IMG/VR virus record: IMGVR_UViG_3300009648_000003
Location: 1 to 64,000 of that record
Strand: one strand, 5' to 3'
Length of the DNA stretch: 64,000 nt
Source: a virus
Taxonomy: Duplodnaviria > Caudoviricetes
In this document: piece by piece, positions 19,574-28,235 of the stretch
Numbering within the stretch: the stretch's first letter is position 1
How the letters are laid out: each line of letters starts with the position of its first letter
The notes under the pieces: model-generated
Told to the model about the DNA's origin: nothing
Databases searched by the model: none
Seen by the model: only the letters and a program-made list of their open reading frames with translations
Made by a program: the position numbers and the translations under genes

Positions 19574-20530
19574 TTATTGATTGTATTTTATTAATCCTAC
19601 TTTATAGAATCCTTCCACATTAGCCCAAATTGCATTATCTACAATAACAGAGTGTGGAAGATACTCTAATAATTTATCATGTATTAATAAACTAGTACCA
19701 CCTATAAATACAACATCCATCATATCTAGATTAAAATTGTTTTTCTTTGTTTCCTGAATTAATTTTAACACATATTGGTCAATAATGCTATCTATTACGT
19801 GTGAACTTTTAGGGTCAATAACACCTTTTACTTTTACACCACCTTGTCTTATTATATTTTGTATATCATTTGTTGTAAATGAAACCCCATACATACTATT
19901 CAGTTCGTTAATTAGCCTTATTTCTATTTCTGCATACCCATGATTTAAAGTAAACATTGAACTAGGTTGGGGGATTAGGTTGTCATAAATAGTAAAATTC
20001 ATATTTAATCCACCTAAATCTATAACTGCTACTCTTTTATCCTTGAATAATTCAGGTTTAGTATAAACTATCCCGCTACCTTCAGGTAATATTAAAATGT
20101 TTTCTATAAGGAATGAATAATGTTTATTATTTACTGTAATTTTTACATGACCATTATTCCAAATATAATTTTTATAATCATTCCTAAGCTCTTTATTACG
20201 GTATATACTCGTAGGACATCCTAATACTAGTCTAACAGCTTGATAGTTCTCTAAAAGTTGTGTGGTGGCGGTGTAAGTGGCTAACTTATGGTTTATATTA
20301 GCTTTATCTACTCTATAATCTATCTCTTCCCCTTGATCGCCTATAATATAATTATCTCCATCTAGTGTTACATTAAAACTTTTTCCTTGTGCTTCAATAT
20401 CAATGTTATTATTTAGTTTGAAAATCTTGGTCCTAAAATAAGTTTTGTCAAATGTTTTATTATTGTTTAATGTAATACCTTTAGTTGCAAATTTCCCTGG
20501 GTCAATACTAATTAATTTACTCTCTATCAT
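19574..20530 (-). CDS. parM: ParM/StbA-family actin-like partition ATPase
   Basis: IDPGKFATK, LPEG, VIDLGGLNMN and FIGGTS actin-fold motifs. Confidence 0.88.
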   Translation of the reverse strand: MIESKLISIDPGKFATKGITLNNNKTFDKTYFRTKIFKLNNNIDIEAQGKSFNVTLDGDNYIIGDQGEEIDYRVDKANINHKLATYTATTQLLENYQAVRLVLGCPTSIYRNKELRNDYKNYIWNNGHVKITVNNKHYSFLIENILILPEGSGIVYTKPELFKDKRVAVIDLGGLNMNFTIYDNLIPQPSSMFTLNHGYAEIEIRLINELNSMYGVSFTTNDIQNIIRQGGVKVKGVIDPKSSHVIDSIIDQYVLKLIQETKKNNFNLDMMDVVFIGGTSLLIHDKLLEYLPHSVIVDNAIWANVEGFYKVGLIKYNQ

Positions 20531-20543
20531 TATAATCCTCCTT

Positions 20544-20689
20544 ATTAATTTATATTAATTTATTGTATAATTTATACTTAACTATTCATAAATTATATTA
20601 ATTTGTATTAAATATTGCTATTGTATATATGATATTATATTAATTTGTATTAAATGTCAATATAATTTTCATATTTTATATTAATTTAT
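20544..20689. repeat. parC-like centromere repeats overlapping the parMR promoter
   Basis: ATTAATTTRT at 20544, 20554, 20597, 20639, 20680; 22-bp direct repeat at 20592/20634; minus-strand TTGACA at 20655-20660. Confidence 0.6.
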
Positions 20690-20700
20690 ATGATATTATA

Positions 20701-21753
20701 TTAAGATATTTGATCTAATAATTCATCCATATGGCTGTAATTTTTACCCTTTTTAGTTGCTGAATATACGTCGTAGATAATAAATTCAATACCATTTTTT
20801 GAATAATATTTATCTACTATTTTTATTATGTTGACTATTTTATCTAATATTTGATAAGGATAATGTTTGTCTTCAACAATAAATTCCAATGCCATCCTCA
20901 GTGTACTCATGCCCCATGTATTTATTTCTTCTTCTATTTCATCAAAAAAACTTTCTATATAATTTTTTCTTGCAATACATTCCAATACAAAATCTAAATA
21001 ACATTTTATAATTAATCTTATATTACGATCTCGTTCTATAAAATTCATGCATAATTCCCCAAAAGCAATATCCCCATTTATATAATCTTTAAATAATGGG
21101 AAAATAGTCCTTTCTATTTTCACTGTACGTTTACTTACAGAGGATTGAGATTTATTAAGCTTCCTGCATATTTCCACTTGGGGGGTGCCTTGGTAGTAGT
21201 TTTTGAGAATATAAATATCTTCTTCTGTTAAGAATATTTTACATAATACTTTTGCTATTTTTAAACTTTCTATTGTTTCATAATGTAATTCCACGTTAAG
21301 ATTGTCTTGTATCATATCTTTTATTTTTAGTTCATTACCATTACAGTCTTTTTTTACAACTCTTTCGAGATAATCAACATTATACGCATTTATTACTTCT
21401 AAAAGTTCTTCCTTGGTTACCTCAAGTTTTTCCACTATTTTGTCAAAACTGTACCCATTTTCAGTGTATTGTTTAAATTTTATATGTGTTTCATTAGCAG
21501 TTCTTGAAATACTCATATCAGCATTAGTTTCATACATACCTCTATAGATTGATCTTTGGATAGATGGGTAAGCATATGTTGAAAATTGGTACCCTTTTGT
21601 TGGGTCAAATTTTTTTATTGCTTTCAATAATCCAATGCTCCCTTCTTGGAATGCATCTTCATACTCTAAAGTTCCTACTAAATGTGGGTAATGTCTTTGT
21701 ATGATATGATGAACAAGATTTTTATTTTCTTGGTACATCTCTAAAGTATCCAT
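20701..21753 (-). CDS. sigma-70 family sigma factor with long C-terminal extension
   Basis: EDAFQEGSIGLLKAIKKFDPTKGYQFSTYA region 2; region-4 HTH (PQVEICRKLNKSQSSVSK); likely start ATG 21753 after GAGGAG. Confidence 0.85.
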   Translation of the reverse strand: MDTLEMYQENKNLVHHIIQRHYPHLVGTLEYEDAFQEGSIGLLKAIKKFDPTKGYQFSTYAYPSIQRSIYRGMYETNADMSISRTANETHIKFKQYTENGYSFDKIVEKLEVTKEELLEVINAYNVDYLERVVKKDCNGNELKIKDMIQDNLNVELHYETIESLKIAKVLCKIFLTEEDIYILKNYYQGTPQVEICRKLNKSQSSVSKRTVKIERTIFPLFKDYINGDIAFGELCMNFIERDRNIRLIIKCYLDFVLECIARKNYIESFFDEIEEEINTWGMSTLRMALEFIVEDKHYPYQILDKIVNIIKIVDKYYSKNGIEFIIYDVYSATKKGKNYSHMDELLDQIS

Positions 21754-22152
21754 AGTATCACTCCTCGTAATAAACATACGATTAAACCTATAAAAATAAA
21801 TAAAAATAGAGCCAAAAGGCTCCATTTAATTCACATGCCCCTAATTTTTATGGGGTATATTTTTAATTCTAACCCGCAGTAAAATTGTGATATTTTAACA
21901 AAATTTTTGGTGGGTGGGGAGTTCATAAGGAAGTTTTCTTACCTCTATTATAATACTCCTCCCCCATCTAGCTTCTCTAAATAATACTTTTTAGATTCTT
22001 CTACATTATTAGCAACTACTTTAAAGTAGTCATCCATTTGATATGCTCTCATTGATACCTCCTTTAGGTTTAATCCCATAGAATTTGTTTTAAATATCCC
22101 ATCATAAAGAATATATGAATTCTTTGTATTTGTTAGATAAATATACCTATTA

Positions 22153-22243
22153 TGCAAGTTATAAAAGCCAAACTTGCAGAAAGGCTATGTTTTCCCTATG
22201 TGTTTTAGTGCCATTTCTGCAAGTTTTGACTATGCAACTTGCA
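22153..22243. repeat. two TGCAAGTT-N10-AACTTGCA palindromes forming a larger inverted repeat
   Basis: Copies at 22153-22178 and 22218-22243. Confidence 0.7.
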
Positions 22244-22626
22244 AAATGACCTTTAAATCATTAATTATTTACTTATATTTTACTGAAATCTGCTATACAC
22301 ATCAATTATTCGCTTTATATCCCACTAAATCTACTGTATATTTACCAGTTTTTTACTTTTCGATTTATCAAAAAATCTCCTGTAGATAATATGGAGCACC
22401 CCCCGCCCGCAACCTCCAACTGCTAAAACCTAGCCACCGGGTGGGTTACAGCTGTTGGAAGAACTTGGCAGGAAATAACTTCCATCTGGAACTACTGGAG
22501 CAGGGGTTGCAACGAAATAGAATTTTGATAGCATAGTAGTTGAATTCGCTGGAGGTTCCGGCGAATACCAATTCAATCCCTACCTATTACATAGGAGGGA
22601 CAACAATAATACAAGGAGGTAATACA

Positions 22627-22953
22627 ATGATTAAGTACAAATTTAATAAGGATAGTAAAGTCCTAGAAGTATCAAGGTATTTAGAAGATACTAATTGGGA
22701 GGATCTACCACTTAGTGGTTCTAAGAAATCCTACTCTGTAAGTTATGATCGTATTGAGTTTGTGACCAAAGATGGGATCACCGTTAAGGGACAGTTAACA
22801 TTGTACGCACCAAAAGCCGACTATGAAGAGTGGCAGATGCTAAAAGGTAAACAGGTTAGTCCCGACCTTAACCAAATGGGACTAACAAAAGATGACTGGC
22901 AGTTATTCCAACAATTCATTGAGTTCAAGAGGAAGTTAAGGAACAATGACTAG
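22627..22953 (+). CDS. hypothetical protein (first rightward gene)
   Basis: AGGAGG SD before ATG 22627; followed by a GACTGGGG/CCCCAGTT hairpin and T-run. Confidence 0.7.
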   Translation: MIKYKFNKDSKVLEVSRYLEDTNWEDLPLSGSKKSYSVSYDRIEFVTKDGITVKGQLTLYAPKADYEEWQMLKGKQVSPDLNQMGLTKDDWQLFQQFIEFKRKLRNND

Positions 22954-23024
22954 GACTGGGGTACCTACCCCAGTTCTTTTTTATTGTCTTTTTTAGTACC
23001 ACCACCCACAGGTGCAGCTGTGAG

Positions 23025-23132
23025 ACATATATCGGTTTTCCATTTTACCTTTGGAAAACCGTTCACATAATAAGCATTATGGGAACAGCTAAGCTGGGGG
23101 ACATATATCGGTTTTCAATTTTACCTTTGGAA
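23025..23132 (+). repeat. conserved hairpin element, copies 1 and 2 (ACATATATCGGTTTTC-A-TTTACCTTTGGAAA)
   Basis: Copies at 23025-23057 and 23101-23132; related copies at 23824-23848 and 25356-25392. Confidence 0.75.
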
Positions 23133-23240
23133 ATTGATGGTTGTTCCCCCTGCTATCATGGGTGCCCAAAATTAGGCACTTGAGGACAAGGCAGGACGAT
23201 GCTTAGTAAAATGTGTACCCATCAACATATTCCCAATTAT

Positions 23241-23345
23241 GTGGGTTAATATGTACTATGCGAATTGACATTAGCAAAATACTGTCTCTAAAGCAAAATA
23301 TGTACTACTGTGTGGGTTAGTATGTACTATCTCTAGTATGTACTA
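23241..23345. repeat. clustered TATGTACTA repeats
   Basis: Copies at 23250, 23299, 23321, 23337; two are preceded by GTGGGTTA. Confidence 0.65.
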
Positions 23346-23491
23346 TGTAGGTTAACATTTATCTACTCCCCTATCCCCCCGCCATTGGGTTTAGGGGTTG
23401 ATGTTATTAAGTGTATGGGTACACTTGGTGGTCTGAGTATTTAATGAAAACTTGAGAGAGTTTCTTGCACCGTCTGTAAGGAGGTATATGT

Positions 23492-23587
23492 ATGAATTAT
23501 TGGGGAATATTTTTCAGCTTCATCCTAGCCCCCGCCCTTATCCTGGGGGCTATGGTTGTAGCTTACAAAACAGAAAGGAGGGAGTAG
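23492..23587 (+). CDS. small single-pass membrane peptide (31 aa, not in ORF track)
   Basis: AAGGAGGT SD; MNYWGIFFSFILAPALILGAMVVAYKTERRE*. Confidence 0.65.
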   Translation: MNYWGIFFSFILAPALILGAMVVAYKTERRE

Positions 23588-23588
23588 G

Positions 23589-23798
23589 ATGGCTAGAATA
23601 GCTCCTAGTAGGAAACGAACTCATAGTATTATGTCCAACGCTGGATTTGGTGAGTTGGTTATGTACACTGGGGACAAGAAGATAGTAGTCCCTCAGAAGT
23701 ACATAACCAAAGAGGGACTTGTTTACAAGAGAGTGAACAAGCACATAGTCGAGGGGAACCTCGAGAAGCTGGAGGAATTGGGAGTAGTTGTCATGTAG
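23589..23798 (+). CDS. hypothetical protein
   Basis: Strong SD, starts 1 nt after the upstream peptide stop. Confidence 0.65.
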   Translation: MARIAPSRKRTHSIMSNAGFGELVMYTGDKKIVVPQKYITKEGLVYKRVNKHIVEGNLEKLEELGVVVM

Positions 23799-23857
23799 AC
23801 TACTCCTTTTTCTGTGTCTTCACTTTTCTGATTTAGCTTTGAAAAAAACGAGGAGGG

Positions 23858-25312
23858 GTGGAAATGAACGAAATGATGGAGAAGAGAAAAAGAGTGCTTG
23901 AGGTAAGGAGGTATTATAACACGGTTATAAAGCCAAGTTTGGGACTTGATGATGCTCATACGGACATTGAAGATCCACGGGTAGCTGAGATGATTATGGA
24001 TCGCTTTGGGGTAGAAATTCCCCCAGATACCCTACACAATATGCTAATAGGTGATTTTACTGTTAGTATTGAAAGAGCCCTAGAGGATTTAAAAACTTCT
24101 GGGCTCTTCCATTTGCAGTACAGAGCGTTGAAGGTTCTTTTAGAGGACGAAACACCAGAAGTATTCTTCTGTGCAGGATGCGGAGTGTATTTTAGCACAG
24201 AAGTGGAACACTCAGAGTATGATGGACACACCTTCTGTTCCGAGTGTATGGAAACAGAATTCTCCACATGCAGTGAATGTGGGGAACTATTCCACAACAG
24301 TGACATTATTGTAGCTCAGAACGGTGAAAACTACTGTCATGAGTGTGCAGAACAGTTCCTGTACTACTGTAATGAATGTGGTGAATACACCACAGAAGAT
24401 GACATGGTATGGGATGAGAACGGGTATCACCACATTTGTAGTAGTTGTTTTGGAGCCTACTATTACAGATGTGAAGAGTGTGGTAGCTTCATCCACTACA
24501 ATGATGACTACTATGAAGAGGACGGTTATTACTACTGTGAGAACTGCTATGAGGATGCTGTAGTTATCCACAGTTACAACTACCAGCCCGCCCACCTCAA
24601 TTTCCATGGGGATGGGAATAGGTTTTTAGGGGTGGAGTTAGAGGTGGATGATGGGGGTGAGTGTACGTACAATGCACGTGAGATCATAGATCTCATTGGT
24701 AGCCATCATGCATACATAAAACATGATGGCTCACTGAATGATGGATTTGAAATCGTCTCTCACCCTGCCACCCTTGATTATCATATGAGGGAGATAGATT
24801 GGGAGGGTGTGTTGCAAGAATTGAAACACTTAGACTATGTATCGCACGATGCAGGTACATGTGGACTGCACGTGCATTTAAACAGAGGGGGCTTTGGTGA
24901 TACTGAGGAAGAACAGGATTTAGGTATCGCCAAAGTCCTCTACTTCTTTGAGAGACACTGGAGTAAGATAGTGAAGTTCTCTCGAAGAACTCGTAGTCAG
25001 CTAGATGAGTGGGCTGCAAGGTATCTTGATGATGACCCAACACACCCAGAAGATGTTTTGGAATATGCAAAGGACGATGCAAGTAGGTACAGATGTGTGA
25101 ACCTTTGCAATCGTTCTACTGTAGAGCTTAGGGTGTTTAGAGGCACCCTTGTTTATGAGACATTTATGGCTACCTTGCAGTTTGCAGACCTTATGTATGA
25201 TATAGCAGAGTTATCCCTGGAGGAAGTGATGGATCTCACCTGGGATAGTTTCAAGGAAATGGGATCCAAATACAAGGAATTCACCAGTTACATGGAAAAA
25301 AGAGGACTGTAA
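23858..25312 (+). CDS. amidoligase (COOH-NH2 ligase) with N-terminal CxxC zinc-ribbon repeats
   Basis: GVELEVD, KHDGSL, GFEIVSHP, TCGLHVH and TVELRVFRGT motifs; eight CxxC pairs. Confidence 0.85.
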   Translation: MEMNEMMEKRKRVLEVRRYYNTVIKPSLGLDDAHTDIEDPRVAEMIMDRFGVEIPPDTLHNMLIGDFTVSIERALEDLKTSGLFHLQYRALKVLLEDETPEVFFCAGCGVYFSTEVEHSEYDGHTFCSECMETEFSTCSECGELFHNSDIIVAQNGENYCHECAEQFLYYCNECGEYTTEDDMVWDENGYHHICSSCFGAYYYRCEECGSFIHYNDDYYEEDGYYYCENCYEDAVVIHSYNYQPAHLNFHGDGNRFLGVELEVDDGGECTYNAREIIDLIGSHHAYIKHDGSLNDGFEIVSHPATLDYHMREIDWEGVLQELKHLDYVSHDAGTCGLHVHLNRGGFGDTEEEQDLGIAKVLYFFERHWSKIVKFSRRTRSQLDEWAARYLDDDPTHPEDVLEYAKDDASRYRCVNLCNRSTVELRVFRGTLVYETFMATLQFADLMYDIAELSLEEVMDLTWDSFKEMGSKYKEFTSYMEKRGL

Positions 25313-25410
25313 GAAGTCCTCTTTCGCTCTTCCCCACCTAAGAAAGAGGAGCAAAACATGTATCGGTTTTCTGATTTAGCTTTGAAAAAAAATACAAGGA
25401 GGTATGTAAA

Positions 25411-26379
25411 ATGTGTGGATTATTTGGATTTGTATACTATGGGAAAAAAGAGTTGAAGGGTGTTGAGAGATTGTTAGAAAGTTTAGCTTGTGAAGCAGCA
25501 GTTAGAGGAACTGATGCTACTGGATATGCCTTTGTTCATAAAGGCAGGATTCAGATAGATAAAGCTCCTAAACCTGCTTATGAAATGAAATATTTATTAC
25601 CTAAAGGTGTTCGCACTGTTATGGGGCACACACGTGCCACCACACAAGGCAGTGCTAAAAATAACTATAACAATCACCCATTTAGGGGCAAACAGGGTAA
25701 AAGGGAATTTGCCTTTGCCCATAATGGTGTGATTGACAATGAATTTGAGATTAGAGAGGATTTTGGAATTGTCCCTAATCATATTCAGACGGATTCATAT
25801 GTGGCATGTCAACTTATGGAGAAGATGAAGGATTTCTCCATAGATAGTCTTAAAACTGTAGGTGAAACTGTAGAGGGCATGTTTACTTTCACTTACATGG
25901 ATGATAGAGAGAACTTATATATCATAAAGAATGATAGTCCTCTTACTATCCTCCACTTCCCCGCCCTTCATCTGTATGTATATGCAAGTACAGATGAAAT
26001 CCTCTTTAATGCTCTCTCTCAGTTCAAGAAAACAAAGGATGAAATAATGGATATGGTTATATATGGGGATTTTACAGTAGAAAATATCCCCATTGAAGAA
26101 GGGGATATTCTAATAATTACCCCAAATGGGAAAATCCAAAGGGGTAAATTTAAACCCAGGGAAAGATATTCCAAATGGATTTACTGGGATTACACTAGTT
26201 ATTGGCTTGATGATGAAGAAGATGAAATGTATAAAGAGTTATTGTTAGAGGAAGCCAAGGAGATGGGGGTTACAGAGAAGGAATTTGAAAAATTAGCTGA
26301 ATTATTCCCCCTGTCTGATTTAGAGTACTACATTTACACAGGAAAAATATACGAAATTATGATTAGCATGGGGATATAG
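25411..26379 (+). CDS. class II (Ntn) glutamine amidotransferase
   Basis: MCGLFG start, RGTDATG, GHTRATTQG, NNHPF, AHNGVI, TDS. Confidence 0.9.
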   Translation: MCGLFGFVYYGKKELKGVERLLESLACEAAVRGTDATGYAFVHKGRIQIDKAPKPAYEMKYLLPKGVRTVMGHTRATTQGSAKNNYNNHPFRGKQGKREFAFAHNGVIDNEFEIREDFGIVPNHIQTDSYVACQLMEKMKDFSIDSLKTVGETVEGMFTFTYMDDRENLYIIKNDSPLTILHFPALHLYVYASTDEILFNALSQFKKTKDEIMDMVIYGDFTVENIPIEEGDILIITPNGKIQRGKFKPRERYSKWIYWDYTSYWLDDEEDEMYKELLLEEAKEMGVTEKEFEKLAELFPLSDLEYYIYTGKIYEIMISMGI

Positions 26380-26436
26380 GGTGATACCTATATTCCCTTT
26401 TGTTTGTATTTCGTATATTAAGAAGGGAGTGATTGG

Positions 26437-26697
26437 ATGTTTGAGTATGGGGATATTTTTATAACTCCCAATGCCCTTGAATCTATTCCACGTTCTGAGA
26501 TTATAAGAGCGTTGGGAAGGCATATATCAGGTGACTGGGGTGATGTATGCCTAGAAGATTGGGAACTCAATAACGAAGCAGTAGAAATGGGATATAGGAT
26601 ACTATCCCAGTATACCGCTTCTAATGGTACAGTTTTTTGGATTATTACTGAAGCAGATAGAAGTACTACAACTGTACTTCTACCTGAAGATTACTAA
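26437..26697 (+). CDS. conserved small mobile-element protein
   Basis: RHISGDWGDVC...FWIITEADRSTTTVLLPEDY, a pattern common in plasmids and phages. Confidence 0.65.
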   Translation: MFEYGDIFITPNALESIPRSEIIRALGRHISGDWGDVCLEDWELNNEAVEMGYRILSQYTASNGTVFWIITEADRSTTTVLLPEDY

Positions 26698-26710
26698 GGG
26701 GGTGAAGTTG

Positions 26711-26968
26711 ATGAAAGCATATATAGAAGAAAGAGTGTATGATGTGGCTTATTATCTTATTGAAAAAGAAGCTACTATTAGGGACACTGCAAAAAGATTT
26801 GGAGTGTCTAAAAGTACTGTTCATAAAGACTTGAGGGAAAGATTGCCAAAATTAGATAGAGCATTATATGGGAAAGTGGATGAAGTACTAAACAACAACT
26901 TAGCTGAGAGACATATGAGAGGAGGCATGGCGTTAAGAAAAAAATTTAAGGAGGGGGAAGTTGATTAA
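26711..26968 (+). CDS. spoIIID: sporulation transcription regulator SpoIIID homologue
   Basis: MKAYIEERV...ATIRDTAKRFGVSKSTVHKDLRERLP...ERHMRGGMA closely matches SpoIIID; likely start ATG 26711. Confidence 0.9.
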   Translation: MKAYIEERVYDVAYYLIEKEATIRDTAKRFGVSKSTVHKDLRERLPKLDRALYGKVDEVLNNNLAERHMRGGMALRKKFKEGEVD

Positions 26969-27167
26969 TATATCGGATTTGGAAAAAACCTTAGAAATTG
27001 GACAACACCTTGAGGTGGGTGGTGTTGTTCTTGATATAGAGACAATAAGTGTATTACTTTTAATTTATTATACACTTACTGCTCCCCACCTCAAGGAAAA
27101 ATTTGTAAGGATGTTAAATAATGAAGCAGAGCGATTAATAGAGTTCTGTTATAGCCAGTTAATTTAG
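26961..27167 (+). CDS. hypothetical protein
   Basis: SD and overlap with the upstream gene. Confidence 0.5.
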   Translation: MINISDLEKTLEIGQHLEVGGVVLDIETISVLLLIYYTLTAPHLKEKFVRMLNNEAERLIEFCYSQLI

Positions 27168-27180
27168 AGGAGGGATAGGT

Positions 27181-27423
27181 TTGTTAAAAATGTCATTCTA
27201 TGACGGGACATTAAATAGAGAAGAGCTGAAGAAATTCATACAGGAAACAGAAAAGCCAATAAGGTATACTTATGGGCTAAAGTTTAGAAATCCAACTACA
27301 AGAGATGTTCCAGTAAGTAAGGAAGAAGCCTTGAAGATAGTTGATAGAGAGAATCTCTTAGATGCTACTGAATACAGAGATTATTTAGATTTGAACGCTT
27401 ATAGCGGAAATGATATGTGGTAA
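27181..27423 (+). CDS. hypothetical protein
   Basis: GAGGAGG SD; in operon. Confidence 0.6.
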   Translation: MLKMSFYDGTLNREELKKFIQETEKPIRYTYGLKFRNPTTRDVPVSKEEALKIVDRENLLDATEYRDYLDLNAYSGNDMW

Positions 27424-28235
27424 GGAGGGATTTTATGGATAATCTTGTTAAGAGGGTTGAAAATGAGAAAGTTGTGTTGAGTATTTATTTCGACTCCTGT
27501 CCCACTAATCCTAGAGAGTGGGATAATTTAGGGACTATGGTATGTGGACACAGAAGATATGATTTAGGTGATGAACAAGCCCAAAACATTGGATTGTATA
27601 ATAGTTGGGATGAATGGCTAGAGAATGAGATTATTAAACCTAACGGTGGCCATGATAATGTAGTAGTATTACCACTCTATCTATACGATCATAGTGGAAT
27701 TACAATGAATACTACTGGATTTAGCTGTCCTTGGGATTCTGGTCAAGTTGGTTGGATATATGCAACAAAAGACAGGTTTAGAGAAGAAACTGGCTATACA
27801 GATGATGAATTATTTAACCAAGACAAACACCGAATCCCTAAAGTTGGTGAAAGAGTTAAAGTCAAAGGTTATGAAGATTGGGGGCAGATAAAAGCGATAG
27901 ACGAAGAAACCATAACAGTAGATTTAGACTGGAACAAAATACCTAATGCTAGGAAACCTGAAAACATACTTGTGGTTACCACTAACGATATTGAAGAAGT
28001 AATGGCAGATAAGGCTAAAGAAATATTAGTAAATGAGGTTAGGATTTATGATGATTATTTAAGAGGTGAAGTATACGGATTTATACTTGAGGAAAGAAAA
28101 ACATGCGATTGTTGTGGACATGTAGAGTATGAAGAGATTGATAGTTGTTGGGGTTTTTATGGGGATGATCTAATTAATAGTATAAAAGAATATGTTCCTT
28201 GGGAGTATCGTGATTTATTTGAGGAGGTGCTATAA
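27417..28235 (+). CDS. conserved phage hypothetical protein with an inserted SH3-like segment
   Basis: NPREWDNLGTM, LYLYDHSGI, WDSGQVG, DSCWGFYG; inserted PKVGERVKVKG...WGQIKAI. Confidence 0.6.
   Translation: MVRRDFMDNLVKRVENEKVVLSIYFDSCPTNPREWDNLGTMVCGHRRYDLGDEQAQNIGLYNSWDEWLENEIIKPNGGHDNVVVLPLYLYDHSGITMNTTGFSCPWDSGQVGWIYATKDRFREETGYTDDELFNQDKHRIPKVGERVKVKGYEDWGQIKAIDEETITVDLDWNKIPNARKPENILVVTTNDIEEVMADKAKEILVNEVRIYDDYLRGEVYGFILEERKTCDCCGHVEYEEIDSCWGFYGDDLINSIKEYVPWEYRDLFEEVL

Noticed and set aside
22153-22243. Protelomerase (telRL) site
   Set aside because: The centre is not a perfect palindrome and no protelomerase gene is seen in the window.
21948-22389. ORFs 21948-22157 and 22174-22389
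   Set aside because: Only a 34-aa portion from ATG 22052 has an SD and may be a remnant; 22174 overlaps the palindromes and lacks an SD.
25356-25392. Early-region repeat as a sigma-54 promoter
   Set aside because: The GG to GC offset is 14 rather than 12, and the GC is absent from copies 1 and 2.
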